Origin: an uncultured archaeon
GTDB taxonomy: Archaea > Iainarchaeota > Iainarchaeia > Iainarchaeales > DATDZZ01
Direction of reading: 5' to 3'
NCBI GenBank assembly: GCA_964373795.1
Contig: CAYJVY010000006.1
Span: 60,001 to 92,000, forward strand
DNA: 32,000 nt
Position 1 is the stretch's first letter. Every line of letters starts with the position of its first letter. The translations under genes and the position numbers were made by a program. The notes under the pieces were generated by a model. The model had not been told where the DNA came from and made no database searches. It worked only from the letters and a program-made list of their open reading frames with translations. Of the stretch, positions 22,919-31,104 are shown in pieces.

Positions 22919-24109
22919 TTATTTTTGTTTTTTCAAAGCAATTTCAATTTCCTTCATTCCTTTTTCTATTAGCTTCAAATTTGTTGCAAAACTGAATCTA
23001 AGAAAGCCTTCACCTGCATTGCCAAACTCTGTTCCTGGAATTGTTACAACTTTTGCTTTTTTAATTAGCCATTCGCAAAACTGAATTGAAGATCCGTGCC
23101 TGGAATCAAATTTTGGAAAAGCATAAAATGCTCCTTCAGGTTGAACTTTTAAATCAAATTCAGGAATTTCTTGAAATCGTTTGCAAATAAATTTATTTCT
23201 TTTTTCGTATTCTTTTCGCATTAATTCAACTGATTTTTTTGATTCAGGGTTACGTAAAGCCTCTAAAGCTGCAAGCTGAGAAATGGTTGAAGTTGCAAGA
23301 GAAGTATATACATGTGTTTTTTCCATGTCTTGAATTAACCATTCAGGGCCAACAGCATACCCTACTCTAAATCCTGGCATTGCAAAGGTTTTAGAAAAAC
23401 TTTGAAAAGATACAACATTTTCCTGCAAGCCATTAAATGAAGCAATTGAAACATGTTTTGCTTTTCTAAAAACAAATTTTTCATAAGCTTCATCTGAAAA
23501 AATAATTAAATCATGTTCAATTGCAATGTCTGCAATTTCTTCAAGCAAGTTTTTTTTAAAAACAGTTCCAGTGGGATTTGAAGGAGAATTAAGAATTAAT
23601 GCTCTTGTTTTAGGAGAAACAAGTTTTTTTATTTCATCAGGGTTTACTTGAAAACCATTTTCATCAGACAATTTAAGTGAAACAGGAACTGCTGAAATTA
23701 ATTCAGCCATTGGCTTGTAAGCAAGAAAACCCGGATCAGGAATAATTATTTCTTCAGTTACATCTAATACTCCAGTCATTGCCAAAAACAAGGCTTCAGT
23801 AGAACCAGCAGTAACAATTACTTGTTTTTGCGAGTCATTCACAAAAATCTTGTTTTCTTTTTTCACTTTTTTTGCAATTGCATCTCTTAAGTCAGGTCTT
23901 CCTCCAGAAGAAGAATAATGAGTAAAACCTTCATCCAATTTTTTTTTCGCAAAATCAATTATGTGTTTTGGAGTTGAAAAATCTGGTTCTCCAGGGCCTA
24001 AAGAAATAATTCCTTTAACGTTTTCAGCCATTGCAAAAAGCTTTGGAAAAATCGTTTTAGGCAATTCAAGGGTTCTCTCTGATTCCAAGAATCTTAAACT
24101 CTTTGACAT
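22919..24109 (-). CDS. PLP-dependent aminotransferase, class I/II (aspartate/aromatic type)
   Basis: It has LGPGEPDF, NSPSNPTG and SFSKTFAMPGFRVGY (the PLP lysine). It is 396 aa. Confidence 0.9.
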   Translation of the reverse strand: MSKSLRFLESERTLELPKTIFPKLFAMAENVKGIISLGPGEPDFSTPKHIIDFAKKKLDEGFTHYSSSGGRPDLRDAIAKKVKKENKIFVNDSQKQVIVTAGSTEALFLAMTGVLDVTEEIIIPDPGFLAYKPMAELISAVPVSLKLSDENGFQVNPDEIKKLVSPKTRALILNSPSNPTGTVFKKNLLEEIADIAIEHDLIIFSDEAYEKFVFRKAKHVSIASFNGLQENVVSFQSFSKTFAMPGFRVGYAVGPEWLIQDMEKTHVYTSLATSTISQLAALEALRNPESKKSVELMRKEYEKRNKFICKRFQEIPEFDLKVQPEGAFYAFPKFDSRHGSSIQFCEWLIKKAKVVTIPGTEFGNAGEGFLRFSFATNLKLIEKGMKEIEIALKKQK

Positions 24110-24130
24110 GACACATTAAAGCATTTCCAG

Positions 24131-24142
24131 TTTTTAAACTTA
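24131..24142 (+). promoter_or_regulatory. TATA-like box TTTTTAAACTTA centred about 26 nt upstream of the ATG at 24162
   Basis: The geometry matches the other boxes listed. Confidence 0.4.
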
Positions 24143-24161
24143 ATTTTCTACAAATAATGTC

Positions 24162-24734
24162 ATGAATTTAATTTCTTTTTTTGAATTAGTTGGAAAACTA
24201 AAAGAATTCAAAAGAGCTGGCTGGATTTATAAAAAAGTTTCAAATCCTGAAAGCATTGCAGATCACATGTACAGAGTAGCATTAATGACTTATGTTTTAG
24301 CTCCTCAATTTAAATTAAATCAAAGCAAATGCATTAAAATGGCTTTAGTTCATGATTTGTGTGAAGCAATTCATGGCGATATAGCAGACCCTCAAAATGG
24401 AGATATGTATTTTAATGGTAAAAAAATCTCACGTGAAGAAAAAAGCAAGTTAGAAGAAGACTCACTTGAACAAATAACTTCTTTTCTTAATCCAAAAATG
24501 AAAAAAGAAATAATTAAAATGTTCCTCGAAACTGAAAAAAAAGAAACTGAAGAGGGAAAATTTGTTAAACAATTAGATAGACTGGATTTGGCTTTTCAAT
24601 TACTTGAATATGAATGCAAGCGTTCAACTGAAAACTTTGATGAATTCTGGGAAGACTGTGAAAGCAAAATTTATTGGCCTAAATTAAAAAAAATTTTAAA
24701 TGAGTTGAAAAAGAAGCGAGTAAAGTTTTCATAA
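24162..24734 (+). CDS. HD-domain phosphohydrolase (YfbR/HDDC2-like 5'-deoxynucleotidase family)
   Basis: It has ESIADHMYRVALM and VHDLCEAIHGDI, giving the H...HD...D metal ligands. Confidence 0.85.
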   Translation: MNLISFFELVGKLKEFKRAGWIYKKVSNPESIADHMYRVALMTYVLAPQFKLNQSKCIKMALVHDLCEAIHGDIADPQNGDMYFNGKKISREEKSKLEEDSLEQITSFLNPKMKKEIIKMFLETEKKETEEGKFVKQLDRLDLAFQLLEYECKRSTENFDEFWEDCESKIYWPKLKKILNELKKKRVKFS

Positions 24735-25382
24735 TAGAATTGATTTTTTTCCATAAACTAGTTCATGAAGTCGTTTATATTCATCTAACTCAGGTTTACC
24801 ATATCCTACTTCAAAAAAAATTTTAAACCCTAAATCCATTAAGTCTTTTAATGCTGCTTGTTTGGTTAGTTCACTTAAACCTTTTGCATCTAAAAATTGT
24901 CTTATTTTATGCGTAGAACCAAAAACATCTCCATTAATAAATAAAAACAATGCATCATGTTCTTCTCTTTCAATAGGAACATCTGTTTTTGCTTGCATCT
25001 TTTTGAACAACTCTGTTTGCCTATTCCAAACATCTGTTCTTTTATTAGGACTTAATCCTTGGAAATCCTCTGTAAATTCCCCTTTTTTAGTTATTCTTCT
25101 CTCTTTTTCAGGTAATCTTTCTTCAAGATTTAAAGTCTGACCAAAAATTTTTTCATGCAACCTAACAAAGGTTTTACGAAGCTCTTGAGCTTCAGCACTA
25201 TCATGCGGAATAGATGAAATTTTTTCAATAAGGGCATCGTGTTCTCTTAACAAAACATCTCTTTCTCGTTCAGGCAAAGCACTAAAAGTATGACTATATA
25301 CTATTGCCCTTGATTTAGGAGCTGTAACTATAGGTCGCTTTCCACGACGACCAGTTGTCCTTCTTTCAATCATTTTTGTCAC
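24729..25382 (-). CDS. Hypothetical protein with an Arg-rich N-terminus
   Basis: A 217-aa ORF opening MTKMIERRTTGRRGKRPIVTAPKSR. It lies downstream of the methyltransferase on the same strand. I recognise no family. Confidence 0.5.
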   Translation of the reverse strand: MTKMIERRTTGRRGKRPIVTAPKSRAIVYSHTFSALPERERDVLLREHDALIEKISSIPHDSAEAQELRKTFVRLHEKIFGQTLNLEERLPEKERRITKKGEFTEDFQGLSPNKRTDVWNRQTELFKKMQAKTDVPIEREEHDALFLFINGDVFGSTHKIRQFLDAKGLSELTKQAALKDLMDLGFKIFFEVGYGKPELDEYKRLHELVYGKKSILL

Positions 25383-25436
25383 AATTTAATATTGATATAA
25401 ATTAGTTTAGGAATTCAAAAATATAAATCTTTGCAC

Positions 25437-26579
25437 TCAGTTTTTGAGTAGAAAAACAATGCTTTCCTTCATTACTCCCACTTTTTCAGTTCTGTTTCGC
25501 ATGCAAAACCTTTTGTTTACAACAATTATTTCTTGAACTTGAAAACCAATTTTTTCTGCAAGAACTGCAAGTAATTCATCTGATTCAATTACTTTTTCGG
25601 GAAAACATCCTTGTCCTATAATTAAGGCTGCTTTTCCTTTTGGCTTTAATACTCTGAACATTTCTTTTAAAGCTAAATTCATGTCAAAAAAATATGCTTT
25701 AGCAATTTCAGGCAATTTTTTGTCAAAACCTTCTTCAAAAACTTGTTTAATTTCTTGTGAAACATTTTCTCCAATAAAAGATCGAACTGCAGGTTTGCCT
25801 GGCTCGTTAAAGAAAAGGTTTTGCTCTATTGCATAAACATTTGCATACTCAATTTTATTCAAGTAAGGAGGGGAAGAAATAATTGCGTCAACAGAGTTTT
25901 CAGGCAAAGGCAAATTCCTTGCATCAGCTTTTTCTACAACTATTTTTGAAGAACTCGAATGAAAGGATTTTAATTCTTTAAAGAATTTTTGCATTACTTG
26001 TTTGAAAAGCTTTCTAAAAGGAGGCAAGTGACGTTTTTTATTAAACTTAATTGCTCCTCCATGTTTTTCAGCGTAAGTGCATTTAGTTGAAGCATTAATT
26101 AATCCAAGCAAAAACAAGTCTTGAATTTCTTTTTCTTGAATTAATTCAATAATTTTTGTTTTAAAAAAAATTATGTCTTCTAATGCATAAATTGAAAACG
26201 CGCGTTTAATAAATTTAGGCAATTCACCAATTTTTATGCGTTGAAATTTTTCTGCAAACAATTTCTTTGCAGCAGCATGCAATTTTTCTAAATCATAGTT
26301 TTGAGTTTTAACTTTTGCTGCAAAAACTGCTACAGTTGAAACATCAAATGCAAAGCAATTCAATTCTAATTCCTTGCATGCAAGAGGAGTTGTTCCAACT
26401 CCACAAAAAGAATCTAACACTGTTTGTCCTTCTTGCAAGCCAAATTTTTTTGCAAGCAAAAAAACTAGTTCGCGAGAAAAACCTTCCTTATAGTAAAGCC
26501 AGTTATAAATTCCCAGTTTTTTGTTTGAAACAAAAGTAGCCAATTCACCTAATCCTAATTGTTCTAAAGATTTGAACAT
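25437..26579 (-). CDS. Site-specific DNA methyltransferase (N6-adenine or N4-cytosine), with no cognate endonuclease recognised
   Basis: The SAM motif VLDSFCGVGTTPLACKE lies near residue 55 and the catalytic motif DAIISSPPY near residue 235, followed by FRVLKPKGKAALIIG. Confidence 0.8.
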   Translation of the reverse strand: MFKSLEQLGLGELATFVSNKKLGIYNWLYYKEGFSRELVFLLAKKFGLQEGQTVLDSFCGVGTTPLACKELELNCFAFDVSTVAVFAAKVKTQNYDLEKLHAAAKKLFAEKFQRIKIGELPKFIKRAFSIYALEDIIFFKTKIIELIQEKEIQDLFLLGLINASTKCTYAEKHGGAIKFNKKRHLPPFRKLFKQVMQKFFKELKSFHSSSSKIVVEKADARNLPLPENSVDAIISSPPYLNKIEYANVYAIEQNLFFNEPGKPAVRSFIGENVSQEIKQVFEEGFDKKLPEIAKAYFFDMNLALKEMFRVLKPKGKAALIIGQGCFPEKVIESDELLAVLAEKIGFQVQEIIVVNKRFCMRNRTEKVGVMKESIVFLLKN

Positions 26580-26616
26580 ACTAGAAATTGATGTGAAAAG
26601 AAATTAAAATACATCT

Positions 26617-26820
26617 TTGTTTGATTTTTACATGATTAAAAAGAAACCTGAAAAAGCATTTGTTTTAGACTTGAAAGGAAAAAGATATTACTATGCCGTT
26701 GGCAACACAAAAAGCTATATTGCTGCACATGAAGCAAGAGCAAGAAAAAATAAATGGTATGTGCAAGAAGAAAGAAAAAAATTCAAGGAAAAAGTGAAAA
26801 GAATTCAAAGAAGAAAATAA
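26617..26820 (+). CDS. Small basic hypothetical protein (real start probably the ATG at 26632)
   Basis: A 67-aa ORF, lysine/arginine-rich, with the tail KKFKEKVKRIQRRK. Coding status is uncertain. Confidence 0.3.
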   Translation: MFDFYMIKKKPEKAFVLDLKGKRYYYAVGNTKSYIAAHEARARKNKWYVQEERKKFKEKVKRIQRRK

Positions 26821-26826
26821 TTCAAT

Positions 26827-28122
26827 TCATTTCGGCTTTAAATGACCCCATTTTTCTAGTGCTTGAGCTAATTCTTTGTGTTGTTTTGCTGCTTCTTCTA
26901 AGGTTTTTCCTTCAAGAGTTGCATTTATTGCTTGCATTGAAGCCACTGCACCACTTAAAGTGCCTTTTGGATGTCCATGAATTCCTCCAGAAACAAGAAT
27001 TACGCAGTCATTGCCAAAAATTTTCATTACATCTGGAACTAATCCGGGATGTAACCCTCCGGATGAAACAGGAAAAGCAGGTTTAATGTTTTGCCAGTCT
27101 TGTTTTAAAACTCCTTCACTTTCTTTTACTTGTTTTTCACGCAAAGTATTAGCTATTTCTATAACTTCGTGCTTTGATCCAACTAGTTTTCCTACAGCTG
27201 TTCCTGCATGAATTTGGTCAACTCCAATTAAGCGATTAATTTTTGCTAAAAACTGCATTGAAATTCCGTGTTTTGGATTGCGATCAAAGGATGCATGCAT
27301 TGCTCTATGAGCATGAATAGCCATTCCCATGTCTCCAAGTTCATTGCGCAAAGTTTGCACTGCAGCAGCTCCAACTACAACTACGTCAATCATTGCATAT
27401 CTCCATCCATGTTCATGCAAAAATTTTGCTCGCTTAATCATTTCCTTTGTTTCAGCAGTAATATTTAGAAGCGCGTCTTTTTGTTCGCCAGTAATTTTTT
27501 CAGCTTTGTCTCTAAGCTTTGTCATTAATTTCACGCGTTCAAAAAAATTATTAAATGAAGTAGAGGAAAGATTTTCATCGTCTTTCACTAAATCAAATCC
27601 TCCCATCCAGGTTTGAAAACCAATTTCTGCATGTTCTTTTGCAGAAAAACCAATTTTTGGTTTTGGAACAGCTCCTGTTAGAGGACGTTTTTGAACTTTG
27701 AATAATTTTCTTAGTCCTTGAATTCCTTGTCTAGGACCTTTAAAAGAATTCACATATTCTTTTGGAAAACATGCATCAATTAATTTCAAATTTTTCAATG
27801 CTTTCATTCCAAAAATATTGCCTGCAATTCCTGAAAGCATTTGAGGCATGTTTCCTTTTTCCCATAAACCAAGTGGATAAGCAATTTTCACTAAATTTCC
27901 GCGAACTTCAAAAGCAGTTGCCATTAAGCCTTTCATTCTAGGAGGCAATTTGAATAAAGTAGTCCAAGTTCCAGTTGAACTCTCTGAAGCAATTCTTCCA
28001 ATTGCTTCATTTCTGGAAATTCCTGCAGCTGGTTCAAAATAATATAAAACAATTACATCGCTTTTAGTTGGAGAGTAATGCAAGTTAATGAATTCATCAT
28101 ACCAATCAATTTTTTTAGTCAT
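26827..28122 (-). CDS. rbcL: Ribulose-1,5-bisphosphate carboxylase/oxygenase large subunit, form III (archaeal type)
   Basis: It has ESSTGTWTT, GGFDLVKDDENL (the carbamylated-Lys region), HAHRAMH, SSGGLHPG and VSGGIHGHPKG. No small subunit is present. It is 431 aa. Confidence 0.93.
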   Translation of the reverse strand: MTKKIDWYDEFINLHYSPTKSDVIVLYYFEPAAGISRNEAIGRIASESSTGTWTTLFKLPPRMKGLMATAFEVRGNLVKIAYPLGLWEKGNMPQMLSGIAGNIFGMKALKNLKLIDACFPKEYVNSFKGPRQGIQGLRKLFKVQKRPLTGAVPKPKIGFSAKEHAEIGFQTWMGGFDLVKDDENLSSTSFNNFFERVKLMTKLRDKAEKITGEQKDALLNITAETKEMIKRAKFLHEHGWRYAMIDVVVVGAAAVQTLRNELGDMGMAIHAHRAMHASFDRNPKHGISMQFLAKINRLIGVDQIHAGTAVGKLVGSKHEVIEIANTLREKQVKESEGVLKQDWQNIKPAFPVSSGGLHPGLVPDVMKIFGNDCVILVSGGIHGHPKGTLSGAVASMQAINATLEGKTLEEAAKQHKELAQALEKWGHLKPK

Positions 28123-28141
28123 GAAAGTAATAGGAAAAAGG

Positions 28142-28152
28142 GATATAAAAAG
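28142..28152 (-). promoter_or_regulatory. TATA-like box (minus strand CTTTTTATATC) centred about 25 nt upstream of the rbcL ATG
   Basis: Sequence and spacing suggest a leaderless rbcL transcript. Confidence 0.45.
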
Positions 28153-28201
28153 TTTTCGGCTTGCAAAAGTTTATTAAGATCTTTCAACTTTTAAGAATTA
28201 A

Positions 28202-31102
28202 ATGCATGAAAAAAAATTAGTAATTCAGAAAAAGTTTTTACCAAAATTTTTATTCCTAGGAATTTTGTTAATTATTTTGATTTTATTAGCTGGTTGCATA
28301 AATTTAAATCTATTTCAACCTGAACAAGGAGTAATTAATTTAAGGGTTTTCGATGGGTTTGGAGTGCCATTAAATGAAGTGAAAGTCTTTAATAAAACTG
28401 AATTACTTGGAAAAACAAACAATGAAGGATATTTTAATTATAAATTTCCTGCAACGAAAAGACTATTGTTAAACTTTAAAAAAGAAGGAAAAATAACTTT
28501 TTTTAAAATATTTGAAATAACTCCAAATAAAACAACTTTTTATTCAATTAAACTTGACTCCAAAGCAGAACCTGTTTTAATTAATTCACTTGAAGGCGGT
28601 TCAATAGGATTGCAAGGAAAAAGAATTGAAATTCCTGCAAATTCTTTGTTTTTTGAAAATGGAAAAAAAGTTGAAGGCAATGTAGAGGTTTCAGTAAATT
28701 TTTTCGATCCAACAAAACCTCAAGACTTGGAGAGTTTTCCAGGAGATTTTAGTGGAATTGATTCTCAAAACAAGGAACAATTAATTGAATCATTTGGATT
28801 TGTAAACATTGAAGTAGAAAAAGAAAAACAAAAAGTTAACCTTAAAGAAAATCAAGCAATACTAGAAATTCCTATTTCAGAAGATGCAAATGCCCCTCAA
28901 GAAACAGGGTTGTGGTTTTTTGATGAAGAAAAAGGAACTTGGGTTGAAACAGGAACACTAGAAAAAAAATGCGTTAACAGTAAATGCTTTTACAGCGGAA
29001 AAATCTCTCACTTTTCAACTTGGAATGCAGACAAATCATATGAAGTTTTAACAGTGCATGGATTAATTTTTAAAAGCTCAATGATAAAAGAAGCATTATT
29101 TGTTACACTTGGATTAGCATTTCCTCAATACAGAATAGGATTATTTGCTTTCAAAGTAGGATATGACGTAATTTTTAGTGGTAAAAGTTTTTCAAAAGCA
29201 ATTACAGATAACGTTTTATCTTTTGTTGGAGGAAATATTGCAAGACAGTTTGGTTTGGGAGATGCATATAATTTAGGAAAAGTTCAATATGCAATTTTTA
29301 AGGATGTTTCAAAAATTCAAACACGCATATTAATGGAAACCTTTCAAAGTGATCCAAATAATTGGACTTCTTCAAATATTGAGGAAAAAATTTATAATGG
29401 AATGATTGAAAGATATAATCAGCCTTTCAAGACAGATGAAGAATTAGATATAAGACTTCCTCCAAAAATGGACACTCCAATAGAAGGCGATTTTATTACC
29501 GATCTAACTTACAATGTTAACAAATTACCTGAACCAAGAGAAGTTAGACTAGATGTTGACAAACCTTTATTGAGAGAAGCCATTAGAGAAACTACGCCTA
29601 GTTTAATGGATTTAATTACAAGAAAAACTGGAAAACAACCAGGATCAAAGTTAACTGAAAAAGAAATCGAAAAAATTAATCAAGAAATGCCTGACGAGGT
29701 ATTCCATGCAACTGTGACAAGAGTTGTATTGGGTTTGCCTGAAAAAGAAGCAGAAAAAACTTTTATAAATAAATCAGGAAAACCACAAAAAATTGAAGAA
29801 ATATTAGTTGAATTAACAAAGGCTTCACTTAATGCCGCAAAATTATTTAAAGAAGGCAATATTTCTCCAATTGAAAATGCAAGCGTAAAAGCAAATGGAT
29901 TAGACTATTCTTCTCAAACTAGAAGTAATTCAAATAAATCAGGAGAATACACAATTGCTACAAAAAAAAATTCTAAAGTAGAAATACAAGCATTTGTTCC
30001 AGGGTTGGCTGTAACTCCTTTAGAAATTAAAACAGATAATAGAAATGTTCGTCCCACAGATAATTCTGAATCATTTCAAAGAATCCTACCAATACTGTTA
30101 ACAAAACCAGACAAAAAAGCGGTAATAGTATTAGATGTTTCTGGTTCAATGGAATGGCCAATAGGTTTTCCGAACGACTTTAATTATGAAGACAAAAACG
30201 TTCAACAAATTTTATTTGATTTTAATGCAGAAAAAAATAGGGATGAATATACAGAAGAACTCTTAAAATATTTAAAAGAAAAAAATATTGATAAAAGCGA
30301 GTATATTAGAATTGATGCAGCTAAAAAAGCACTTCTTTCATCAATTGATTTATTTAAAGAAAATAATTATGCAGTTTCATTTATTACTTTTTCTAGCTCT
30401 GCAAAAATAGAAATGCCTTTAACGTTTGAATACAATAAGTTAAAAGAAAAAATAGAAAACCTTTCCATAAGTGGTGGAACAGATATTGAAGGCGCAATAA
30501 GTGAAGCATTAAATGTATTAGGAGAAAATGGAATAATAATTTTTATCACAGACGGCGAAGATCCTGATAGTAAAAAAAGAATTATGCAAAAAATTGATGA
30601 ATACAATGTAGTTGAAATAGCCAAAAATAAGAATGTAAGAATTTGCACTATTGGAATAGGCTTTCCTACAACAGTTGATTCAGAACTTTTAAGTTATATT
30701 GCAAATAAAGCAAGTTGCAACTACAAGTTTGGGGAAAACCTTAGCAAAATTAAGTCATCAATTTTAGAAAATATTTATACTGAAACAGGAATTATATTTA
30801 TTACGGAAACAAATAAACTTAAATCAAATGAAAAGCAAGTTATAACTAAATTCAATGCAGGAAATGAAACTAATAAACTAAAAATATATTTAGTTTCAAA
30901 TGGTTCTCCAGAAATTGCATTAATTGATAAAAGTGGAAATGAATCAAAAAAACAAGCGGAAGAAGACACTCCTCTAATTATAGAGATAGATAAACCAACT
31001 GTAAACCAGGAATATTCTGTAGAAGTAAGAAATAATTCTGAAAAAGAATTAAATTTCACTATAACTATTTCCTCTGAGGGACAAGCTCTTCAACCAATTT
31101 AA
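28202..31102 (+). CDS. Large membrane-anchored surface protein with a carboxypeptidase-regulatory-like beta-sandwich near the N-terminus and a von Willebrand factor A domain near the C-terminus
   Basis: The N-terminal anchor is FLFLGILLIILILLAGC, followed by GVINLRVFDGFGVPLNEVKVFNKTELLGKTNNEGYFNY. The vWA MIDAS motifs are VIVLDVSGSME, SGGTDIEGAI and IIFITDGED. Confidence 0.8.
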   Translation: MHEKKLVIQKKFLPKFLFLGILLIILILLAGCINLNLFQPEQGVINLRVFDGFGVPLNEVKVFNKTELLGKTNNEGYFNYKFPATKRLLLNFKKEGKITFFKIFEITPNKTTFYSIKLDSKAEPVLINSLEGGSIGLQGKRIEIPANSLFFENGKKVEGNVEVSVNFFDPTKPQDLESFPGDFSGIDSQNKEQLIESFGFVNIEVEKEKQKVNLKENQAILEIPISEDANAPQETGLWFFDEEKGTWVETGTLEKKCVNSKCFYSGKISHFSTWNADKSYEVLTVHGLIFKSSMIKEALFVTLGLAFPQYRIGLFAFKVGYDVIFSGKSFSKAITDNVLSFVGGNIARQFGLGDAYNLGKVQYAIFKDVSKIQTRILMETFQSDPNNWTSSNIEEKIYNGMIERYNQPFKTDEELDIRLPPKMDTPIEGDFITDLTYNVNKLPEPREVRLDVDKPLLREAIRETTPSLMDLITRKTGKQPGSKLTEKEIEKINQEMPDEVFHATVTRVVLGLPEKEAEKTFINKSGKPQKIEEILVELTKASLNAAKLFKEGNISPIENASVKANGLDYSSQTRSNSNKSGEYTIATKKNSKVEIQAFVPGLAVTPLEIKTDNRNVRPTDNSESFQRILPILLTKPDKKAVIVLDVSGSMEWPIGFPNDFNYEDKNVQQILFDFNAEKNRDEYTEELLKYLKEKNIDKSEYIRIDAAKKALLSSIDLFKENNYAVSFITFSSSAKIEMPLTFEYNKLKEKIENLSISGGTDIEGAISEALNVLGENGIIIFITDGEDPDSKKRIMQKIDEYNVVEIAKNKNVRICTIGIGFPTTVDSELLSYIANKASCNYKFGENLSKIKSSILENIYTETGIIFITETNKLKSNEKQVITKFNAGNETNKLKIYLVSNGSPEIALIDKSGNESKKQAEEDTPLIIEIDKPTVNQEYSVEVRNNSEKELNFTITISSEGQALQPI

Positions 31103-31104
31103 AT

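Noticed and set aside
1011-25382. Arg-rich N-termini read as twin-arginine (Tat) signal peptides
   Set aside because: Except in the 512-aa protein, no hydrophobic h-region or cleavage site follows the RR pairs. In the 512-aa protein the hydrophobic segment comes about 65 residues in. No tat genes are seen.
24729-26579. Methyltransferase plus the downstream 217-aa ORF as a classical type II restriction-modification pair
   Set aside because: I saw no PD-(D/E)xK, HNH or GIY-YIG pattern in the 217-aa protein. It is kept only as a low-interest question under findings.
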